A stretch of DNA of 61,957 bases, filler included, from Globobulimina sp. (GCA_003354225.1; 25 parts of 25 records of this genome joined end to end with filler, not necessarily neighbours in it); one strand, 5' to 3'. Shown: positions 24,651-37,875, counted from the first letter of the whole stretch. The notes: generated from the sequence alone by a model not told the origin. Made by a program: numbers and translations.

Positions 24651-25135
24651 TGCCGAATAAAATGTTTCAATAACTAGGCCTAATATATTAGGTAAGCAAG
24701 TGAGTAAAACGATCGTAAAACTCAATCAATCANNNNNNNNNNNNNNNNNNNNNNNNNNNNNNNNNNNNNNNNNNNNTTAATTAATTAANNNNNNNNNNNN
24801 NNNNNNNNNNNNNNNNNNNNNNNNNNNNNNNNTTGTGTTGCTCAAGATTGTTATGCAAGAAATTTCTTTTTTTCAGTATTTCGTCTTTCTTCTTTTATTT
24901 TTGTTATGTTTGTTGTGACTTATTTTATAGGTTAATCGACTATTTTTTCTTTTTTTAGCATACATTTCTTAGCATTTTGAAGAATGTTAATGGTATCCTG
25001 GCACTAAAGAAGCATTTATTAATCGATCCTGGCACTAAGTCCGGTGCTATCTTGTTTGTACATGAAAATTTTGTTAAATTCTGAGTGCTAGGATTTTCCC
25101 AAAAAAACTTTGGTTTTACACTAGATGAGCATGGC

Positions 25136-26786
25136 ATGTCTGATGTATCTCCACAACAACTAACAGAAATCGAACCATTACTTTCCGAATCCACAAACAG
25201 TCCAATAAGTATGCCATCAACTACAAAACCTAAAAATACACAACAATCCAAATGGCAAGAAGATAAGTTAGGAATCTCAGTATTAATGTTATTATATTGT
25301 TTGCAAGGCATTCCATTGGGCCTCATTTTCGGATCATTACCATTTGTAATGGCAGAACGTCTAAGTTACACAGACCAAGCAACCTTCAGTTTGGCCGCAT
25401 ACCCATACAGTTTGAAATTATTTTGGTCCCCAATTGTCGACGTTATCTATCATCCATCCTTTGGACGCCGAAAATCATGGATATTTCCAATGCAGTTATT
25501 AATGGGATTGACAATGATTTACATCGCACAACATTTCAAGCAATGGAGTGGCGACAATGACACCGGCACCGATACACAAGTCTACACATTAACCGCTTGG
25601 TTCTTTTGCTTAATTTTTTTCACTGCGACGCAAGACATCGCGGTGGATGGCTGGGCATTGACTATCTTATCCGCAAAAAATAGAGAGTTACAGGCAATGT
25701 GCCAGACAGTGGGACAAACCTTCGGATATGCCCTCGGATTCCCTGTCTTTTTAGCTCTCAACTCTCCAGAAATTTGTATTAAATGGTTTGGCACTCAACG
25801 AGGTATATACATCCATGCACGTACACATTCCATTTGTTATACTGACATGACACAGAAATAGTGACTCCTTCTTCATTTTTGATGCTGTGTGGTGTTGTTA
25901 TATTGATTACAAATGTATTGATAACACTATTCATCACTGAACGGACGCCAACATCAAAGGAAAAGGTGGAATTGGATAAATTGAGGTATGTACAGTATAC
26001 TGTTATATATTATGTATTGACCTCTGTAATACAAATACATTTAGTATCAAATCAACCTATGTTGATATTTTGCGAGTGATTCGTATCCCGAATGTATTTA
26101 AATTGATGCTGATTTTATTGAGCTGTCGGATCGCATTTAGTTGCGTTGATTCTGTAACGTCATTGAAATTGAATGAGAAGGGATTTCCAAAAGAAACCGC
26201 TGGATTATTAGTATTTGTTTATGTTCCGTTCGAATTAATATTTCCTTTCATCACTGCATATATTAAGAGTTATCTTAATGTGCAAAACATTGAATTATGG
26301 CAAAATGGATTTAAATTCAGAATTTTGGTGTCTTTATCGGTTGTGTGGTTAGTTTATTTGTTTGAAATTGATTCGAATGGAAATGTGCCGTCTGCTTTCA
26401 TCTTGAAACAGATATTTATTGCAATTTGTTATTCCTTTACATCGAGTATAATGTTTACGTGTCAATGTGGCTTTTTTGCCAAGATTGCGGATGAAACAAT
26501 TGGTGGAACCTATTTAACTCTGTTGAATACTGTATCAAATTTAGGGGGAACGTGGCCAAGATATTTTGTTTTAAGATCTATCGATTTATTCACGGTGAAA
26601 AATGAGGTTCCGTGTGAGGAGAAAGTATGTTTTGAAATTGTACGTGATGGATATTATTACGTTGCTGCTATTTGTGCAGTGTTTGGTGTTGCATGGATTA
26701 TGTATTGCGGTGACACATTGAGTAGCTTTGATAACATACCCAAGCAATCGTGGACAATCCAACGATCAAAAGTTGATATCGATTGA
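25136..26786 (+). CDS. SLC33A1: Acetyl-CoA transporter AT-1
   Basis: LYCLQGIPLGL, YPYSLKLFWSPIVD, GRRKSWI, ATQDIAVDGWAL, IGGTYLTLLNTVSNLGGTWP; introns 25803-25855 and 25986-26044. Confidence 0.95.
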
Positions 26787-26919
26787 TTTGATTTAGTTTT
26801 AACAGCGCATATATTCAAATATTTACAACATTTAACTTTTTGCTTTCAAATTTAAATCCTTGATATTAGGTTTTTAGTGAAGTGCTCTAGTCATCCAACC
26901 CGTGAATCATTATTGAACA

Positions 26920-27215
26920 ATGTCTGCCAAGCCACTCAATGAAGAACATGTCGATGCAGTCAAATGTTGGATGGAGGAAATATTAGACAAAAACTATAAT
27001 GATTTTTGGCAAGAAATACGTGATGGTGTTGAATTATGTGAATTGTTAAATAAAATCAAACCCCAAACCTGCGCTAAATTCAAGAAATCTAAAATAGTAT
27101 TTGTAGCTCGAAATAATTTGGTACGTTTGTCACTGCACATTTATTATATTTTAGATAAATACCATATATGTCCAACAGACTATTTTTCGTCAAGGATGTT
27201 TATCCATCGGTATCG
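26920..27215 (+). CDS. Calponin-homology domain protein, 3'-partial
   Basis: WMEEIL..F...IRDGVELCELLNKIKP; intron from 27121. Confidence 0.85.
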
Positions 27216-27590
27216 NNNNNNNNNNNNNNNNNNNNNNNNNNNNNNNNNNNNNNNNNNNNTTAATTAATTAANNNNNNNNNNNNNNNNNNNNNNNNNNNNN
27301 NNNNNNNNNNNNNNNTTAGAATCAAAGAGATGAAAGCAGTTAAAATCCAAAAGGTATAGGCATTACAATTGTATTTTGGTGATGGTCGTATTGGTATAGG
27401 AGATCTAGGAGATCTAGAACGTCTCAATAAGGGAGATAAGCTACGTAGATATGATGAACGGTATGAATCATATGATTCTGACGACAAATCACTTGTACAT
27501 GTTTCTCTTGGAGTTCTGCGGTGCAACGTTGGCCGCATTGTATAAAAAAAAGTTTTTTTGTATTTGTAGTTAGTTTAAATCGTGTTCCAA

Positions 27591-28427
27591 ATGTTTACAA
27601 TAATTTTATTCCATTTAATTGATTCCTCAAACGGTGCTCATGGTATCGTTGGAGATCATGTAATATCCGCTCCAGCACATAATGTGAATGTGATCCCCCT
27701 TCATGAACATCACGAGTTTAATCTAAATCGTGCATTTGAATTTTACCATGAAATTCAACATGAAAAGAAGGAAAATAGGGAAATCAACATTTCGCAAACA
27801 GTATCTGCATCTCAAGCGCACGTCGTTAGGTTATCAATGATGTCTGATGATGAGTCTGTTGGTAGCGTTAGTGGTCGCAATTCACCTGCAACCTCTATCG
27901 GAAATGCAGCCAGCTCCTCTTCCAGAGGCAATTCGCCTGGAAACTCGCCTGGGAACTCACCTCGAAATGCTGTTTACAACACTATCCACAGAGCATCAAC
28001 AAAAGTATACCTGAGAAACCTACAAACAGTATTTCAACGCTCCAATCTGACCGCAATTGTTATGTTAAGAATCTTATGTTGTGATTTTAATTATATATGT
28101 TGTATATGATAATAATATTAAAAATAGAATGTTCTAAACTATATCAGCAGTTTAGATGGATGTGGAGTGACATGCGACGATATAAAATCTATCGATATGG
28201 TGAGGAATTTGCAAGGTGTTTATAAAGGTGCAGCAACATTTGGATGCATCATCGTTTTTTTTAAACAAAACATGGCAGCTCATTTTATTCAATTTTACAT
28301 TCCAAAGGCAATTGGTTTGGGTGGTTGCAAGACTGACGTTGGATATGCTAATCCACGAACAGCGATTTACCGCGACAATCCGAATTTATATTGGCTAAAT
28401 TCTGCGATTGTTTCTATCATTGTATGA
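27591..28427 (+). CDS. Hypothetical protein with (G/R)NSP repeats
   Basis: Two ORFs separated by a probable intron near 28064-28127. Confidence 0.45.
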
Positions 28428-28501
28428 ATTTGTAGATTTAAATTAATTCCTTACAAAGAAAAACATAACATACAAAAATTTTCACTTGAACAACAGTAGA
28501 A

Positions 28502-29554
28502 ATGACCATGCCAATATCACTTATATTATTGTTCATCACATACACAATAGTAATAAGTCAAAAACCACCGGCGAATTGCATTGCCAATTGGGGCCAATGT
28601 GGTGGCAAAAACTGGGACAAAGGAACAACGTGCTGTCTTTATACAAGATATTTCTGTAACAAAACTGATGATTTTTACAGTGAATGTGTACCCTTCGCGC
28701 TCGAACCATTACCTCCAGCGCCACAATCTGATTGGTGCGGAAAAGAAGGCAAAACATTAAACCGTGCAAAATTATCCGATCCGCAAAATGTAAATTCTGT
28801 AGAAATTGCACAGATTTGGGCAGCAGCAACAAATGGTTTAAAATATGGTGCTCCAAATTATGCAGAAGGCGGCAATGCAACGTGTATTGCAGGCGTAGCT
28901 ATAGCGTTAGGCGAATGCGGCCATCCTGCACAATCTCCGTGGATGTCTGTGACTGACCCAGTGTGTAATTTCGCTGCTTCTGGGGATGGCGGTGTATGGC
29001 AGGTGACGTCGCAGGACGACGATGACGTGCTGATGGCGGGCTGTTCCGATGGAAGAGATGTGTGCTGCAATGCGAGATTGGCATGGGCTCATTCCTGGAA
29101 TCAAGGAGGCGCTGTGGTGACACCAACAGATTATTGCTCCAAAAGGAATGATTGCAAACAGATATACAGTGATTGTCATGGCACAACTGGGAAAGCATGG
29201 AATGACCCAAAGATTGATCAACAGTTTAAAGATAATGCTTTGATCCCAAATTGTTCCTATGTGTATAATCCATGGTATCCAGACAGAGGAGCGTCACTTG
29301 CAAATGTTACCATTGATCAGGAACCGTGTTGGTTTGGACCGTTTAGTGTGGCCGCTGGAGGTGTGGGGAAGGAGTTTTTTGCAGGATTTTATGGATGGGG
29401 TGGATATTTCCAACATTATTTGAATAGCAAAGCTGGGAATTGTGATGATAGTCCGCAGTGTGTGAGTCAAAAGGATTCGAATTGTGCAACCAATTCAGAA
29501 TGGAAAGCGTATCCCTATTATATTGATTTGGCAATACAAGCGTGTACTCGTTAA
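28502..29554 (+). CDS. Secreted CBM1 + lysozyme/SLT-like domain protein
   Basis: Signal peptide; WGQCGG.NW...TTC.....C...D.FYSEC (CBM1); VAIALGEC...DGGVWQV...D..CNAR.A (SLT-like). Confidence 0.75.
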   Translation: MTMPISLILLFITYTIVISQKPPANCIANWGQCGGKNWDKGTTCCLYTRYFCNKTDDFYSECVPFALEPLPPAPQSDWCGKEGKTLNRAKLSDPQNVNSVEIAQIWAAATNGLKYGAPNYAEGGNATCIAGVAIALGECGHPAQSPWMSVTDPVCNFAASGDGGVWQVTSQDDDDVLMAGCSDGRDVCCNARLAWAHSWNQGGAVVTPTDYCSKRNDCKQIYSDCHGTTGKAWNDPKIDQQFKDNALIPNCSYVYNPWYPDRGASLANVTIDQEPCWFGPFSVAAGGVGKEFFAGFYGWGGYFQHYLNSKAGNCDDSPQCVSQKDSNCATNSEWKAYPYYIDLAIQACTR

Positions 29555-29798
29555 TATTGTCATTACTAGCGAATATTTTAATTATTAACCCATAACACAA
29601 AAAGGGAACTACTCTAAACACAAAAAACAAACAATAGCAGCACAAAAAAAACAACACAAAACAGAAACAGCACACACAAAAAAAGCAAAACAAAAAACNN
29701 NNNNNNNNNNNNNNNNNNNNNNNNNNNNNNNNNNNNNNNNNNTTAATTAATTAANNNNNNNNNNNNNNNNNNNNNNNNNNNNNNNNNNNNNNNNNNNN

Positions 29799-30738
29799 CA
29801 AGAAATGCTAGAAAATATATTATGAGCACATTCTGATTGAGATACTCTCATCAAATAATCAAATTAAAATCACAGTAAATGTCAATTTAAAATGTGGTTT
29901 GGCGTGCAATGCCCTTAATGAGGAATTATTAAAAAACACTGTCTACACTATATCCAAATATCAGTATTATCAATTATACTCAGAGTGCGTGGAATTAATA
30001 CCTAAATGTACCCATATAAAGGCACAATATATTGGTATTAACAATGATAAATTTAATATTTCAGTCTGTTCACCACTAACAATCAATCATTTGTTATCAT
30101 TGAAAGTCTACACAGATTTCTCACAGTTACAAAAAGAGTTTAAGAAACATTGCAGAAAACATTCTGATAATGAAACATTAAATGACTTCATTAAACGCAA
30201 TGCGCAGATTGCTTTCTGGTCTCGATATTTAAAGGAATGCTGCACATTTTACGGGCGTGTGATGAAAAAAAAAGATGTACTGTACACAACATTAAACTGA
30301 AAATTATTATTCAATTCATTAAATCAGCATTTTGAGTGTCTGTTAAGTTCCACAATTGACCTAAACGTTGCAAATTCATTTGCTGCATGAACAAACGGAA
30401 TAAATCTGAAATTGATAGCAGCAAATTTAAAAACAAGATATTTTGATGTTAGTTGGATGAGTGGGTTTCCGACAGAGAAAGAGAGATTTATAGTGGGAGG
30501 ATCACTGAAAATATGTCATATTTATGTTTCTGTCACATCATCAAAAGAATATATTTCGGCAATAAAGATATTTGAACAAATAATCAGTGGTCAATTTATT
30601 GAAACTGACCAATCCACAGAAGATAAATTGTACGAACTTATGAAATATTGTATGACTAAACAAGAAACTTTTGTTGAATCATTGATACATTTTGTTGGTC
30701 AAGAACGAATATTTACTTCAACTTTACTTCAACTTTAA
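29799..30738 (+). pseudogene. ADP-ribosyltransferase-like protein with two in-frame TGA codons
   Basis: LKVYTDF, SSTIDLNVANSFA, YFDVSWMSGFPTEKE; TGA at 30298-30300 and 30388-30390 in one frame. Confidence 0.6.
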
Positions 30739-31492
30739 CTTAGTGACAATACCTTCGCAATTTTTGAAGCGATAAAACAAAGCTAAATTGATCTACCAAT
30801 TTCAGCACAAACTAAATCCTAAAACCAATTAATCCCTATAACTGCAAACAATAAAACAAAGTCGTTAAAAGTCATTAGAACAATTAATTCATTAATAAGC
30901 AAATTAATAAATTACAATAATAAACCTATTGAGTGTTTAAATTTATGTTTAAGTGCCTATGATCGATATTAAATTTATTTATTTTATTGAAAATTCAATT
31001 TTAAATACAATTTATTATGTTGTTTCAAGTTAAAAAGTTAGAGAGTTATTAGATGATTTATTCAACAATTATGATTTGATTATTATACAAATATTAAAAT
31101 ATGTCCATACCTGTTATATCGTTGCACTTTGATTTTATTTGATTAACTATTAAATTATCAGAAGTACTTATTCAATTAATTATTTTATTAGAGTTATATT
31201 TATAATGTTTTATTAGCGTTGCCTGTGTGGCTTAAAACAAGTGCCTGTGTTGCTTAGTAATTTATGTGATTTTATCTTGATTTAATTAAATTCAAAAGCC
31301 ATTAATTGTACCAATTAAACTTATTAAGAAAAAAATCAGGATTGAATGTGTCAGCAATTTTTGAAAAATATGAATTTTATACATTGAATACTATTGACGG
31401 ATAACAAAATTGAATGTTTTGTGTTTCAATTTTTGTTATTTATATATATGAATGTGTTAAACTTTAATCAATTTTACTCTGTGTGAGTGTTA

Positions 31493-31660
31493 CTTTGTGT
31501 TTTGGTGAGACTGTGTGCCTCTCCTGTTATATTTTATTTATATTTATGTTCAGTATTTGTTGGTTTCTTTTTTTTTCTCTGTTCCAAATTGTTACTGTTA
31601 CATATTTATTGCTAAACTCTGTGTTTTTCACATTGTTTATGTTAAATTCATCTAATCTAA
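31493..31660 (+). mobile_element. Dispersed repeat with ATCTA/TCTAA tail, copy 2
   Basis: Colinear with 14583-14729. Confidence 0.7.
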
Positions 31661-32181
31661 ATTTTCAATTATTATTCGTGTTTCCTCAAATCCAGGATAA
31701 ATATCAATTATTTCTTGATATTTATCAAAATAGTTTGAATTAAATAATAATGGTTTCTTAATATAATATGCATATGTTTGTGGATTGGAATCATGAACAT
31801 GTAAACATTGATTATATTTATTAGATCCCCATAAATAATATTTATTATCATCTGTCTTAATAATATTATGATTTGCACCTTTAATATCAATAATTGTTTC
31901 CTTTTTTAATGTTTCATTTGGTTGTGGCAAATATACATTTTTAGTTGAACAGTTTCCACATTGATACTCCACATTAATTCCAAAACAACATATCTTATTT
32001 ATTAATATGACAAAACAATATAAAAATAAATAAACGCAACACAAAAAGATCAAAACTTGATTATTTAATGATAATAATATATTATGATAAGTGCCACAAC
32101 ATATTTTACCAATTTTAATATTGTTTTGAATAAAATATTGTATTCTTGTTGGTGAATATCTATTATTAGCATCTCCGTGAC
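31652..32181 (-). CDS. RCC1/BLIP-II repeat protein, C-terminal fragment
   Basis: ICCGTYHNII, CFG.N..YQCG, IKGANHNII..YLWGSNKYNQC. Confidence 0.7.
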
Positions 32182-32551
32182 NNNNNNNNNNNNNNNNNNN
32201 NNNNNNNNNNNNNNNNNNNNNNNNNTTAATTAATTAANNNNNNNNNNNNNNNNNNNNNNNNNNNNNNNNNNNNNNNNNNNNGAACAGCCACAGATATTGA
32301 TATTAACGCTAACATCACTTCAGTTCCTGCATCATTCGAAATAGTTGAATATTCAAAGTGACCTTCAAGGCTTGTTGTTGTTCTCCATTGTGTTGTCTCA
32401 TGCTGCGTTGTCGTAAATGCTTGAGTTGTATTTAAAGCCATATTTAATAATAGAAAATATTCGGCAATATAAAAATCGAAAGGATTGTACTGTTGCTTTC
32501 AGAGTTACAATTTTAATCTTCACTATCATCAAAAAAACTTTTATCCGAACC

Positions 32552-33714
32552 ATGCGTCCTTCGAGCAAACAAACCATCCGTCGCCGTTCCACGAGACCTT
32601 CACCAACCTACACAGAGCATCAACCATCAAGCATCACCACCAAATTTAAATCATTAGATATGTTCCCCAAAATCGACAGTCCCAACGAGCAAAAATCACG
32701 TGTCAGAACGCAAAGTGGTGGTTGTTTATCCATCATTGGATTAGCCGTAATCTCATGGCTCATACTATCGCAATTCTATCATTACATATTCCCCCCACGA
32801 CGCGAACATTTGTTAGTCGATCAAATGTACGACAAAAAACTAGACATTTCATTTGATATTACCTTCCATGCCATACCCTGTTCGTCGTTGGGTGTGGATG
32901 TGATGGATGTGACCGGCGAGCAACAAGTTCATGTAAACCAAGATATAACTAAACAGCGATTGGATTTGCAAGGCCGCAATTTGGGCAAAGCTGTCAAGGA
33001 AAGAAACGGTACATACTGCATAATAATCATATACTTTTTTTGTGTATATACTATGTTACTGTTACAGGCATTGAATCGATGCTGTTTCAGTATATGCGGA
33101 TGGACAGAACAGCAGAGGGCTGTCGCGTGAATGGCGGGTTACATATCCAAAAAGTGAGTGGCAACTTCCATTTAGCATTAGGTGCCGCTCATGATATCCA
33201 TGGCAAACATATCCATCAATTCGTATTGTCCGACATTCCACGCTTTAATTGCAGCCATACCATTCATGAGCTGTCGTTTGGAGCATATTTCCCCAAACAA
33301 CAATTGCCATTAAACGCGATGAGTCATACCATTGAGAAGGAAGGAGGGGGAGTGTTTACATATAATCTGAAGATAATACCGATTGAATATATATCACCTT
33401 TTGGGTATAGCACACATTCAAATACATATTCGTATACGTATAAATATAGACATATTCCACCCACAAAAGCGGGGCAAAGAATGCAGGCTGCATTGCCTGG
33501 GATTTTTTTTGTTTATAAAATAAATCCGTATATGTTACAGATATCGGAATCGAGGGAGTCTTTTATTCAGTTTTTGGTGAATTTATGTGCCATCGCTGGA
33601 GGGATATTTGCCATTTCTGGCTTATTGGATTCAGTGGCTTTTAATTTACAAATGCTTACGAAAGCAAAAGAAATGATATTACCGACGAGACAAACTCCTC
33701 AGTCGCATGTTTGA
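32552..33714 (+). CDS. ERGIC/Erv41-Erv46 family COPII cargo protein
   Basis: LDMFPK, RTQSGG, IPCSSLGVDVMDVTGE, EGCRVNG...KVSGNFH, NCSHTIHELSFG, LPGIFF; intron 33009-33067. Confidence 0.93.
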
Positions 33715-33798
33715 TTGATTTTGAAATGATTTGCAAAAACTCCACAACTGTACTTCGGCCTTTTTTTTTACTACTTTTCTAGCTTGGAGTCTAATAAA

Positions 33799-34137
33799 AT
33801 GGCACAACAGGAAGAAAAGGAGAATGTAAAACATGACTTTTCGTTTAAAGCGAATTTGGATGAATATGTAGTAACGTTAGTATGCAATGATAGTGTTACA
33901 GGAAAGAAATGGCAATGTAGATATGATCAAAATAATTACCAAGATATTGAAAAGGAATTTGAGAAAATGAAAAAAGCGATCGAAGGCGGTAATGCTGAAA
34001 TTATACCACCAAACAATCAAGGAATATTAGGTGTGTTTTTCGTTTGTTAATTATAAAAACATACAAAGACCAAAATTATATATTTAGTTATAAAAGCACC
34101 TCCATATGAATTCAAGCTACAGCCAGATTATAATTAA
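33799..34137 (+). CDS. Small hypothetical protein
   Basis: Intron 34031-34087 yields a clean ~93-aa ORF. Confidence 0.55.
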
Positions 34138-34347
34138 GACATTAATTAATTATAAGTATATAAATATGTATCTATAAGTTTAATTTTTTTTAATATGATA
34201 TCCTTGCACAACAAGTGAGTACGCTTTATGTTTTTTTCCCAAAAACACATACATTTTATCAATCCCATAAATATAAATGTTTGAACCCCGCCTGGGTCAA
34301 ATGAGTAAATTAGTCACTGGGTTTTGCAATGTAATTTGAGCCTGAAG

Positions 34348-34663
34348 ATGTTCGACAACTCCGTACTAAATTATAAAATACAGTGCATATTATATGCTTT
34401 GGTATTAGTACTGGCCATTTGTATATTTATATGGACTATTTATAACATCCGCAATTATTTGGCACACGCAAAACAAGACCAAAAGCGAATTGCAGTGACA
34501 GCCATTGTGTTCAGTATATTAGCAATGATTGGTTTTATATTAAACATTGTACTTCAAATTGTTTATTTAATTATATGTATCAATAGGGCTTTCCGATATG
34601 TACTGCAAATTTCCCGCTGTTTGAAAAGTTTTTTCTTTTTTCATGATCTTATCGAACACCTCG
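34348..34663 (+). CDS. Multi-TM (7TM-like) protein, N-terminal fragment
   Basis: Two to three hydrophobic helices; runs off the contig. Confidence 0.5.
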
Positions 34664-34763
34664 NNNNNNNNNNNNNNNNNNNNNNNNNNNNNNNNNNNNN
34701 NNNNNNNTTAATTAATTAANNNNNNNNNNNNNNNNNNNNNNNNNNNNNNNNNNNNNNNNNNNN

Positions 34764-35305
34764 TGCTCTTTTTCCTCCCTTTCTCTCCTTTCTTTTTCCT
34801 TTCTCTCTCTTTCGATCCTTTCCTTTTCCTCTCGTTCTTTCCTCGCTTTTTCCTCTCTTTCTTTTCTTTCTTTTTCTTTTCTCGCCCTTTCTATCCTTTC
34901 CTTTCTCTCTTTTTCTATCCTTTCCTTTTCCGCTCTTTCCTTGAGCTCTCTTTCCTGTTTTTCCTTTTCTTGCATAATTCGTTGCTGTTCCAGCTCAAAT
35001 TCTTCATGTTTTTGAGTTTGTTGCAGTATCTGATAATCATCACCATCAATCTCAACATTTATTTCGTCACTGACTTTGATTCCCGCCGTTTTATGAATTA
35101 TGGGGTGTTTGGTGTTTTCAAGTTTGATGTTTTTGCCTGAATCATTTGGTAATGTTTCTTCTGAAGAAGAATCAGGCTCTGATGACACATATTTACCCCA
35201 TGTTCCAGGTATATGACTGCCGGTTAATTCGACTTTTTCAGGAAGATTCTGTTCTTCTTTTGATTCTTCTTCTACTATAAGTTTTAGGCAACAACCGGTT
35301 CCCAT
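34764..35305 (-). CDS. Putatively myristoylated/palmitoylated protein with E/R/K charged helix, 3'-partial
   Basis: MGTGCC start; long ERK-rich tract. Confidence 0.7.
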
Positions 35306-35415
35306 GATGCAGAAAAATCAACTTATTTTCTACAGTCCACCAAAAAACTATATAATTATTCTAATACAGCTACAGTCTTTAATTTCAACAGTATTATTGA
35401 GTCAATCATCACCAA

Positions 35416-37084
35416 ATGTATTCACAACAACGCCAGTCTCCATACATCGGAAACCATTCGAGCCCATCAATTGTTTATGATGAGAAAAAAGATAAATTAA
35501 AGCCTTTAAGCTGGGATCAATCATTGCAAACCGATAAAACCAACATCAAAGTATTTATTTGGGGAAAAGCCATTCCACGAAATGTTAAATAAAATTATCT
35601 ATTAAATCTGTCAATTATACGCGCATTATCGCACTGGTCTATATACACATGTTTCTATGCAGATGTTTCCCCACAATCAAAATCAATTAACACCATGGAA
35701 ATCAGATAATTTATCATCGAAACATATATATAACATTACAGCTGCACGTCAAGGTTCACATTGTTTCGGTATTGGTAAAAACAACTGGTGTTTTGTATGG
35801 GGTCAAACAAAACAAGCCGGCGCTTTAGGTTTAGGAAACAACTCACGTTCAACCTCACCATTTATTCTTCAAACATTAAAAAAACAAAATGTGAGTCAAG
35901 TTTGTTGCTCTGCCGTGCATTCATTGTGTATTACTGATGCAATGGTAATATATGGATGGGGCAATAAATTATTAACTTTATTACAGTCCGATGCTACATC
36001 ACCAACACCGTTAAATTACTTAAATGGTAAAAGTTTAAATAAATTATGTGCATCAAATACACACTCATTAGCGTACAGTACAGATTCGATTGAAGTGTAT
36101 GCATTTGGCATAAAAGGAGCATGGTTAGGTTTAGATGATGATGATAATTATCGTAAAAAGCAATCATTTGGTATGGTTAAATTTGATTCATTGGTTACAA
36201 ACAATAAAGAATTACGTATACGTTCTGCAGATTGTTCATCAGAATATACAGTTATTATATTAAATAATGGATATTCCGGTTCCTGCGGTATTAACGAACA
36301 TGGTCGAATGGGCGTTGGTAAATCAATACATTGTACGTCCAAAGTTATATGGAATATGGGTTTAAGAGATGTTGTATCATGTTCGACGGGATCGTTTCAT
36401 TGTGGTTTTGTGGATGTATCGGGTAATGTATATACGTGTGGTGTTGGTGCACATTATCGCCATGGACATGGCCATACAATGACAGTCTGGAAACCACAAC
36501 AAATTGAGGCATGCCGTAAATTACAAATAAAAGTATGTGAGATTGAGTGTGTGGGTGAAAGAACATATGTTATTTCAAGTAATGGTGATTTGATAATGTA
36601 TGGAAAAGAGCCAATGATTGGCAGAGTTCATAAACAAGGATTTATTTATAATTATTTAAGTTCATATAAAATATATAAGATTTGTGGTGCAAAAGATTTT
36701 TGTGTTGCAATTGGTGAGAATAGGAAAAAAGGAGCGGTAAAACCAAATATTAGTAATAATTGTGTTGATCCAATGGAACCAGATGAAACTACGGATGATA
36801 TGAATGGTTTAATTGGATCTGTCCTTAATAAATATCATACAATTTGTGTTGATGAAGGTAATTCTGTAAGTGACGTATTTGGTAATTTTGTTAGATTAAA
36901 ACAAGTCAAATATGACAATAATAATAATAATAATGCATATTGTCCTCCAATGAATGTTGTTTATGGCGGAATGAATATACCACCACCTCCTCCACCATTG
37001 CATCATGAACAAAATCAACAACAATCATATCAACATAATGCAGCTCGGTTTGGTGGTTATAATGGATTTTATTTAGATTTTTAA
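35416..37084 (+). CDS. RCC1-repeat protein with Pro/Gln-rich tail
   Basis: Repeated VYxxG..G.LG.G and H.L motifs; intron 35584-35662. Confidence 0.85.
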
Positions 37085-37245
37085 ATTTTCTTTTTTGTTT
37101 TATTTAGTTTTTTATTTTTATTTATACAAATATCCTCTTTTTTTTNNNNNNNNNNNNNNNNNNNNNNNNNNNNNNNNNNNNNNNNNNNNTTAATTAATTA
37201 ANNNNNNNNNNNNNNNNNNNNNNNNNNNNNNNNNNNNNNNNNNNN

Positions 37246-37875
37246 TATCAATATTTAAATAATTATATCACAAATGATATTGAATTAAACAAATTAATCA
37301 TTCCATATATTGACTTGAATCATATTTTTATTGTCGGACATTCATTTGGTGGCATAACTGCTGTGTTGGCGACAAAAAAATTAGTAAAACAATATAAGAA
37401 TAATAAAATAAATAAAATATGTGGATGTATTGTGTTTGAACCATGGTTTGAATCGAAATCTAATGATCATTTGTCTGAAAAATGGGATTTGCCGTATTTA
37501 GTTATTATCGGAGATCAATGGAGAAAGATTCAACGTTTGTGGGATGTGATGGTAATTGTTTTAAAAGCAAATATGAATCAAAATAAAACATATTTTGAGC
37601 ATTTTAAAGGATTTACGCATATTGATTTCTGTGATGGGGTGTTGATGGCACCACAATTTGTGTTACGACAATTAAAGGCATGTTGCAAATCATTGGATAT
37701 TAAACAAGCCCAAGATTTATATTGTAAACGATGTATACAATTTATTGCTAATTTATCACCAAACTGGAAATCTATGATAAAGGAAAATGGCAATACAAAA
37801 TGTTATCAAATTACAGAAAATGAAAACAAAATTATTCATACAATCCATGAATCAGATTACAATGAACAGAATTGA
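37246..37875 (+). CDS. PAF-acetylhydrolase-like alpha/beta hydrolase, 5'-partial
   Basis: GHSFGG.TA, FEPW, THIDFCD. Confidence 0.8.
   Translation, partial: YQYLNNYITNDIELNKLIIPYIDLNHIFIVGHSFGGITAVLATKKLVKQYKNNKINKICGCIVFEPWFESKSNDHLSEKWDLPYLVIIGDQWRKIQRLWDVMVIVLKANMNQNKTYFEHFKGFTHIDFCDGVLMAPQFVLRQLKACCKSLDIKQAQDLYCKRCIQFIANLSPNWKSMIKENGNTKCYQITENENKIIHTIHESDYNEQN

Noticed and set aside
34764-34975. Long C/T-rich tract
   Set aside because: Explained by E/R/K codons of the minus-strand charged-helix protein.
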